A stretch of 39,133 nucleotides of DNA from Acetobacteraceae bacterium (lineage in GTDB: Bacteria > Pseudomonadota > Alphaproteobacteria > Acetobacterales > Acetobacteraceae), in assembly GCA_036272815.1 (NCBI GenBank), contig DATAYA010000200.1, positions 1 to 39,133 on the forward strand, written 5' to 3'. The notes beneath the pieces are model-generated. The model did no database searches and had not been told where the DNA came from. It saw only the letters and a program-made list of their open reading frames with translations. This document shows, piece by piece, positions 35,383 through 39,133 of the stretch; the stretch's first letter is position 1, and each line of letters starts with the position of its first letter. The translations under genes and the position numbers were made by a program.

Positions 35383-36699
35383 ATGTACATCGTCGATCGT
35401 CGCCTGAACCCGAAAGGTAAGAGCCTCGGCAACCGGCAGCGCTTCCTCAAGCGCGCGCGCGCGCTGGTCCGCCAGGCTGTGCATGAGAACTCATCCAGCC
35501 GCAGCATCCGCGACGCGGAGCAGGGGGGAGAAATAACGATCCCCGCCGACGATCTGCGCGAGCCCACCTTCCGCCGCTCCGCCTCGGGCGGCGTCCGCGA
35601 CCACGTACTGCCGGGCAACAAGCGCTACGTCGAGGGGGACGCGATCCCGCGGCCGCAGGGCGGCGCCGGCGGGCAGGGCAGCGAGGGCAGCCCCGACGGC
35701 GGCGGCGAGGACGCGTTCCGCTTCGCGCTCTCCACCGACGAGTTCATGGAGATATTCCTCGAAGACCTCGAGTTGCCCAACCTTGCCAAGCGCCGCGTCG
35801 CCAGCGTCGACGGCCAGGCATGGCGGCGTGCCGGATACTCGATCGTCGGCTCGCCCGCGAACCTCGCCCTCGGCCGTACCATGCGCAACAGCCTCTCCCG
35901 CCGGATCGCGCTCAAGCGCCCGAAGCCGGAAGACCTGCGCGCAATTGCGGCGGAGATCTTCGCCCTGGAAGCGAGCGACGATGATCCCGTCCGTCTCGCT
36001 ATGCTGCGCGAGGAATTCGAGCGGTTGACCCGGCGCAGCCAGCGCATCCCCTACATCGACCCGATCGACGTCCGCTACCGCAGCTTCCAGGCGGTGCCGA
36101 AGCCGGCGGCGCAGGCGGTGATGTTCTGCCTGATGGACGTCTCCGGCTCGATGACCGAGCACATGAAGGACCTCGCCAAGCGGTTCTTCACGCTGCTCTA
36201 CATCTTCCTCCGCCGCCGCTACCGGCAGGTCGACATCGTCTTCATACGCCACACGCACCAAGCGGCCGAGGTCGACGAGGAGACGTTCTTCTACTCGCCC
36301 GAGACCGGCGGGACCGTGGTCTCGACGGCGCTCGAGGAGATGGATCGCGTGATGCGCGAACGCTACAAGGCGGAGGACTGGAACATCTACGCCGCGCAGG
36401 CGTCGGACGGCGACAACACCTCCAGCGACAACGCCCGCACCGCCGCGATCCTCGCCGATCGCATCCTCCCCGCCTGCCAGTACTATGCCTATCTCGAAGT
36501 GGGCCGCGAGGGCGACGGCGGCCCGATCGGCTTCGCGCCGCGCGAGAGCGATCTCTGGCGCACCTATTCGATTGTGCGAAAGGCGGGCGCGCCGCTCGCG
36601 ATGCGCAAGGTCCGCCACCGGCGCGACATCTACCCCGTGTTCCGCGACCTGTTCGCCAAGCAGCCGCCGGGCGGCGTCCCGGCCGAGGAGCACGCCTGA
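35383..36699 (+). CDS. yeaH: YeaH/YhbH-family protein (DUF444, vWA-like domain)
   Basis: 438-aa ORF beginning MYIVDRRLNPKGKSLGNRQRF (family-typical). It has the MIDAS-like motif CLMDVSGSM. It starts 15 nt after the prkA stop. Confidence 0.85.
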   Translation: MYIVDRRLNPKGKSLGNRQRFLKRARALVRQAVHENSSSRSIRDAEQGGEITIPADDLREPTFRRSASGGVRDHVLPGNKRYVEGDAIPRPQGGAGGQGSEGSPDGGGEDAFRFALSTDEFMEIFLEDLELPNLAKRRVASVDGQAWRRAGYSIVGSPANLALGRTMRNSLSRRIALKRPKPEDLRAIAAEIFALEASDDDPVRLAMLREEFERLTRRSQRIPYIDPIDVRYRSFQAVPKPAAQAVMFCLMDVSGSMTEHMKDLAKRFFTLLYIFLRRRYRQVDIVFIRHTHQAAEVDEETFFYSPETGGTVVSTALEEMDRVMRERYKAEDWNIYAAQASDGDNTSSDNARTAAILADRILPACQYYAYLEVGREGDGGPIGFAPRESDLWRTYSIVRKAGAPLAMRKVRHRRDIYPVFRDLFAKQPPGGVPAEEHA

Positions 36700-36703
36700 G
36701 ACG

Positions 36704-38233
36704 ATGAGCCGTCTTCTCTACGAAGGCGCCGAGTGGGATTACGACACAATCCGCCGCGCCCATGATGCGATCGAGGTTGTCGCCACACGCGATCTCGGCC
36801 TTGAGACCTACCCGAACCAGATCGAGGTCATCAGCAGCGAGCAGATGCTCGACGCCTACTCTTCCGTAGGCATGCCGCTGTTCTACCGCCACTGGTCGTT
36901 CGGCAAGCATTTCATCCGCCACGAGGGCCTCTACCGCCACGGCATGCAGGGCCTCGCCTACGAGATCGTCATAAACTCCAATCCCTGCATCAGCTACATC
37001 ATGGAGGAGAACACCGCGACGATGCAGGCGCTGGTGATCGCGCACGCGGCGTTCGGGCACAATCACTTCTTCCGCAACAACTACCTGTTCCGGCAATGGA
37101 CGGATGCCGATGGCATCCTGAACTACCTCGAATTCGCCAAGGCCTACATCACGAGTTGCGAGCAGCGCTATGGTGAGCAGCCGGTCGAGCGGCTGCTCGA
37201 TGCCGCGCACGCGCTGATGCGCCACGGCGTGCACCGCTACCCGCGCAAGCGAACGACCGACCTCGCGACCGAGGAGAAGCGCGAACGCGAACGCCGCGAG
37301 TACGATCGAACGGTGTTCAACGACCTCTGGCGCACCGTCCCCGGCAAGCTCCGCAGCGCCTCCGACCGATCGGACGAGGAGCGACGCCGGGCGCTGCTCG
37401 AGCTGCCCGAGGAGAACATCCTTTATTTCCTGGAGAAGAAGGCGCCGCGGCTGAAGCCCTGGCAGCGCGAGGTACTGCGCATCGTCCGTCACATCGCGCA
37501 GTATTTTTATCCGCAGGGCCAGACCAAGCTGATGAACGAGGGCTGCGCCACCTTCTGCCATTATCGCATCCTCAACCGCCTCTACGAGAAGGGGCGGCTG
37601 AACGACGGCGCGATGGTCGAGTTCCTGCACTCGCACACCAACGTCGTGATGCAGCCCGACTTCGACGATCCGCGCTTCTCCGGCATCAACCCCTACGCGC
37701 TCGGCTTTGCGATGATGCAGGACATCGCCCGCATGGCCGAGGCGCCGACCGAGGAGGATCGCGCCTGGTTCCCCGAGCTTGCCGGCAGCGGCGATGCGAT
37801 GGCGGCGTTACGGGAGGTCTGGGCCAACTACCGCGACGACAGCTTCATCCTGCAATTCCTCAGCCCGCGCCTGATCCGGAAATTCCGCCTGTTCCACGTC
37901 ATGGACGACACCGACGAGCCGATCCTGCGCGTCGATGCGATCCACGACGAGCCCGGCTACCGCCGCATCCGCCAGCGCCTCTCGCGCCAATACGACGTCG
38001 CATGGCTCGATCCCGACATCCAGGTGGTCGACGTCGATCTCGCCGGCGACCGCAAGCTGATCGTGCATCACCGCGCGCTCAATCGCGTGCTGCTCGACGA
38101 GGAAGACGCGCGCCATGTGCTGCAGCACATGGCCGATCTTTGGGGGTATGACGTGGTGCTGAAGGAGATCGATCCTACGAGCGACGCCGTGTTGCGGGAA
38201 CATTCGGCTCGGGCTCGGGATCGGTTGCGGTAG
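36704..38233 (+). CDS. spoVR: SpoVR-family protein (YcgB homolog)
   Basis: ATG 36704 lies 4 nt after the yeaH stop. The translation has MPLFYRHWSFGKHF, HAAFGHNHFFRNNYLF and LMNEGCATFCHYRIL segments. The 73 upstream codons of the track ORF overlap yeaH and are rejected. Confidence 0.85.
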   Translation: MSRLLYEGAEWDYDTIRRAHDAIEVVATRDLGLETYPNQIEVISSEQMLDAYSSVGMPLFYRHWSFGKHFIRHEGLYRHGMQGLAYEIVINSNPCISYIMEENTATMQALVIAHAAFGHNHFFRNNYLFRQWTDADGILNYLEFAKAYITSCEQRYGEQPVERLLDAAHALMRHGVHRYPRKRTTDLATEEKRERERREYDRTVFNDLWRTVPGKLRSASDRSDEERRRALLELPEENILYFLEKKAPRLKPWQREVLRIVRHIAQYFYPQGQTKLMNEGCATFCHYRILNRLYEKGRLNDGAMVEFLHSHTNVVMQPDFDDPRFSGINPYALGFAMMQDIARMAEAPTEEDRAWFPELAGSGDAMAALREVWANYRDDSFILQFLSPRLIRKFRLFHVMDDTDEPILRVDAIHDEPGYRRIRQRLSRQYDVAWLDPDIQVVDVDLAGDRKLIVHHRALNRVLLDEEDARHVLQHMADLWGYDVVLKEIDPTSDAVLREHSARARDRLR

Positions 38234-38236
38234 AAA

Positions 38237-38252
38237 GGCCGGGCGCGCGGCC
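38237..38252 (-). terminator. Weak hairpin (GGCCG-GGCGCG-CGGCC) followed on the minus strand by TTTCT; possible hslO terminator shared by the convergent spoVR
   Basis: Read directly in the 54-nt convergent intergenic region. The stem is only 5 bp, so confidence is low. Confidence 0.25.
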
Positions 38253-38287
38253 CCTGGACCCTGCCGAGGGCGAGCCCTTGGAACCCG

Positions 38288-39133
38288 TCACAACGCGCCG
38301 CGGACCTCGTCGCGGTCGAAGCGGAATTCCAGGTTGCAGAACTCGCAGTTCATGCTGATCGCGCCATCGACCGCCATGTGGTCCAGGTCCTCGATCGGGA
38401 AGCGCTCGAGGATCCCGGACAGCTTCGCCCTTGAACACCGGCAGCCATAGGCGAGCGCCCGCGAACGGTCCGCCGCCACGCCCTCGGTGTGGAACAGCCG
38501 ATAGAGCAGCCGCTCCGGTGGAAGCGTGTCATCCAGCAACTCGGCATCGGTCAGCGTGCCGGCCAGCGCCAGCGCCGTCCGCCAGCTCTCGTCCTGCGCC
38601 GCCGCGTCCAGCTCCGGCGCGATGCCGCCCTTGCCGGCGACCCGCTCCAGGATCAGCGCCCCGGCCCGCCAGCCGGCCGGCGTCCGTGCGCAGGCGAGAC
38701 GGACCGAATACTGCAACTGCTCGCTGGTCTCGAAATAATGCAGCGCCATCTCGGCCAGGCTGGCGCCGCTGATCGCGACGATGCCCTGGTGGCGCTCCAT
38801 GTCCGGTCCCTGATCCACGGTGAAGGCGAGATAGCCGCCGCCGAGCAGCCGCGCGGCCGAGGGCGATGGCTCGTCCCGCAGCAGCGCGTCGAGCTTCTCC
38901 GCATCGGCCCGCGCATAGCCGCGCAGCGCGCCGCTCTCGGTGCAATCGGCGAGCAACATCGACACCGGCCCGTCGCCCTTCGCCTGGAGACTGAACGAGC
39001 CGCGGAACTTCAGCGCGCCGGCAAGCCCCGCCGCCAACGCCAGCCCGTGGCCCGCGAGCGCGGTCACCACGGGATGCTGCTCGTGCCGCGTCAGCAGCGC
39101 GTCGGCGAGCGGGCCGAGCCGTACCAGCCGGCC
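38288..39133 (-). CDS. hslO: Hsp33 redox-regulated chaperone, 3' portion (N-terminus lies beyond the window end)
   Basis: It has the C-terminal zinc centre YGCRCSRAK..NCEFCN (CxC..CxxC). The frame stays open upstream of the track start through base 39133 (GRLVRLGPLADALLTRHEQHPVVTAL..). Confidence 0.85.
   Translation of the reverse strand, partial: GRLVRLGPLADALLTRHEQHPVVTALAGHGLALAAGLAGALKFRGSFSLQAKGDGPVSMLLADCTESGALRGYARADAEKLDALLRDEPSPSAARLLGGGYLAFTVDQGPDMERHQGIVAISGASLAEMALHYFETSEQLQYSVRLACARTPAGWRAGALILERVAGKGGIAPELDAAAQDESWRTALALAGTLTDAELLDDTLPPERLLYRLFHTEGVAADRSRALAYGCRCSRAKLSGILERFPIEDLDHMAVDGAISMNCEFCNLEFRFDRDEVRGAL

Noticed and set aside
36485-36703. 5' extension of the spoVR ORF overlapping the yeaH 3' end; analogous 5' extensions exist for the thiolase (18393-18485) and ilvE (23901-23939) ORFs
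   Set aside because: The extensions overlap upstream genes or lack a ribosome-binding site. The internal ATGs give family-typical N-termini.
33421-38233. Lower G+C of prkA-yeaH-spoVR as a sign of horizontal transfer
   Set aside because: The dip is modest, the genes are highly conserved core-type stress genes, and there are no flanking repeats, tRNA or integrase. Compositional constraint from conserved protein sequence is the simpler explanation.
1-39133. Search for CRISPR arrays, IS elements or terminal inverted repeats, integrases, toxin-antitoxin pairs and known defence-system signatures
   Set aside because: I saw no spaced repeat arrays, no transposase, integrase or recombinase-like ORFs, and no small adjacent gene pairs of toxin-antitoxin type. 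The only repeats are the short tandem repeats listed as features.

Overview
This is very G+C-rich bacterial chromosomal DNA, about 70% by rough hand count. Gene content and order look alphaproteobacterial (Rhodospirillales/Acetobacteraceae-like), though the taxon is an inference. I support 33 protein-coding genes; the first and last are cut by the window edges.

In order, they are:
- a LysR regulator;
- a dapD-dapE operon that runs on into two tandem paralogous small membrane proteins;
- a sensory GGDEF protein with a degenerate GGDVF site;
- an HtrA/DegP-type protease directly downstream of tamA-tamB;
- a PlsC-like acyltransferase;
- the conserved miaB-phoH-ybeY-corC operon;
- a thiolase-like protein, a LysE-type exporter and an atypical SDR;
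- a marR/ompR-like/envZ-like operon;
- ilvE;
- a GT-C-like polytopic membrane protein sitting in a G+C dip;
- an LLM flavin oxidoreductase and an orphan receiver protein;
- a tightly coupled DUF218 / FemAB-CelD-like / epimerase / GDE-type glycosidase operon;
- prkA-yeaH-spoVR;
- hslO.

I found no rRNA, tRNA, CRISPR array, transposase, integrase, phage gene or recognisable defence gene. I therefore cannot point to a clear-cut new system, and most of the window is core metabolism and envelope biogenesis.

The least explained parts are:
- the four-gene glycan-type operon at 28.2-33.1 kb;
- the tandem membrane paralogs fused to the dap operon;
- the GT-C-like gene that lacks a canonical start for its first helix;
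- two short tandem-repeat operator candidates in divergent intergenic regions;
- a 414-bp noncoding gap between convergent genes.

Many long ORFs in the supplied track are antisense or out-of-frame artefacts of high G+C and were rejected. All family assignments come from motif recognition by eye, not from database searches.
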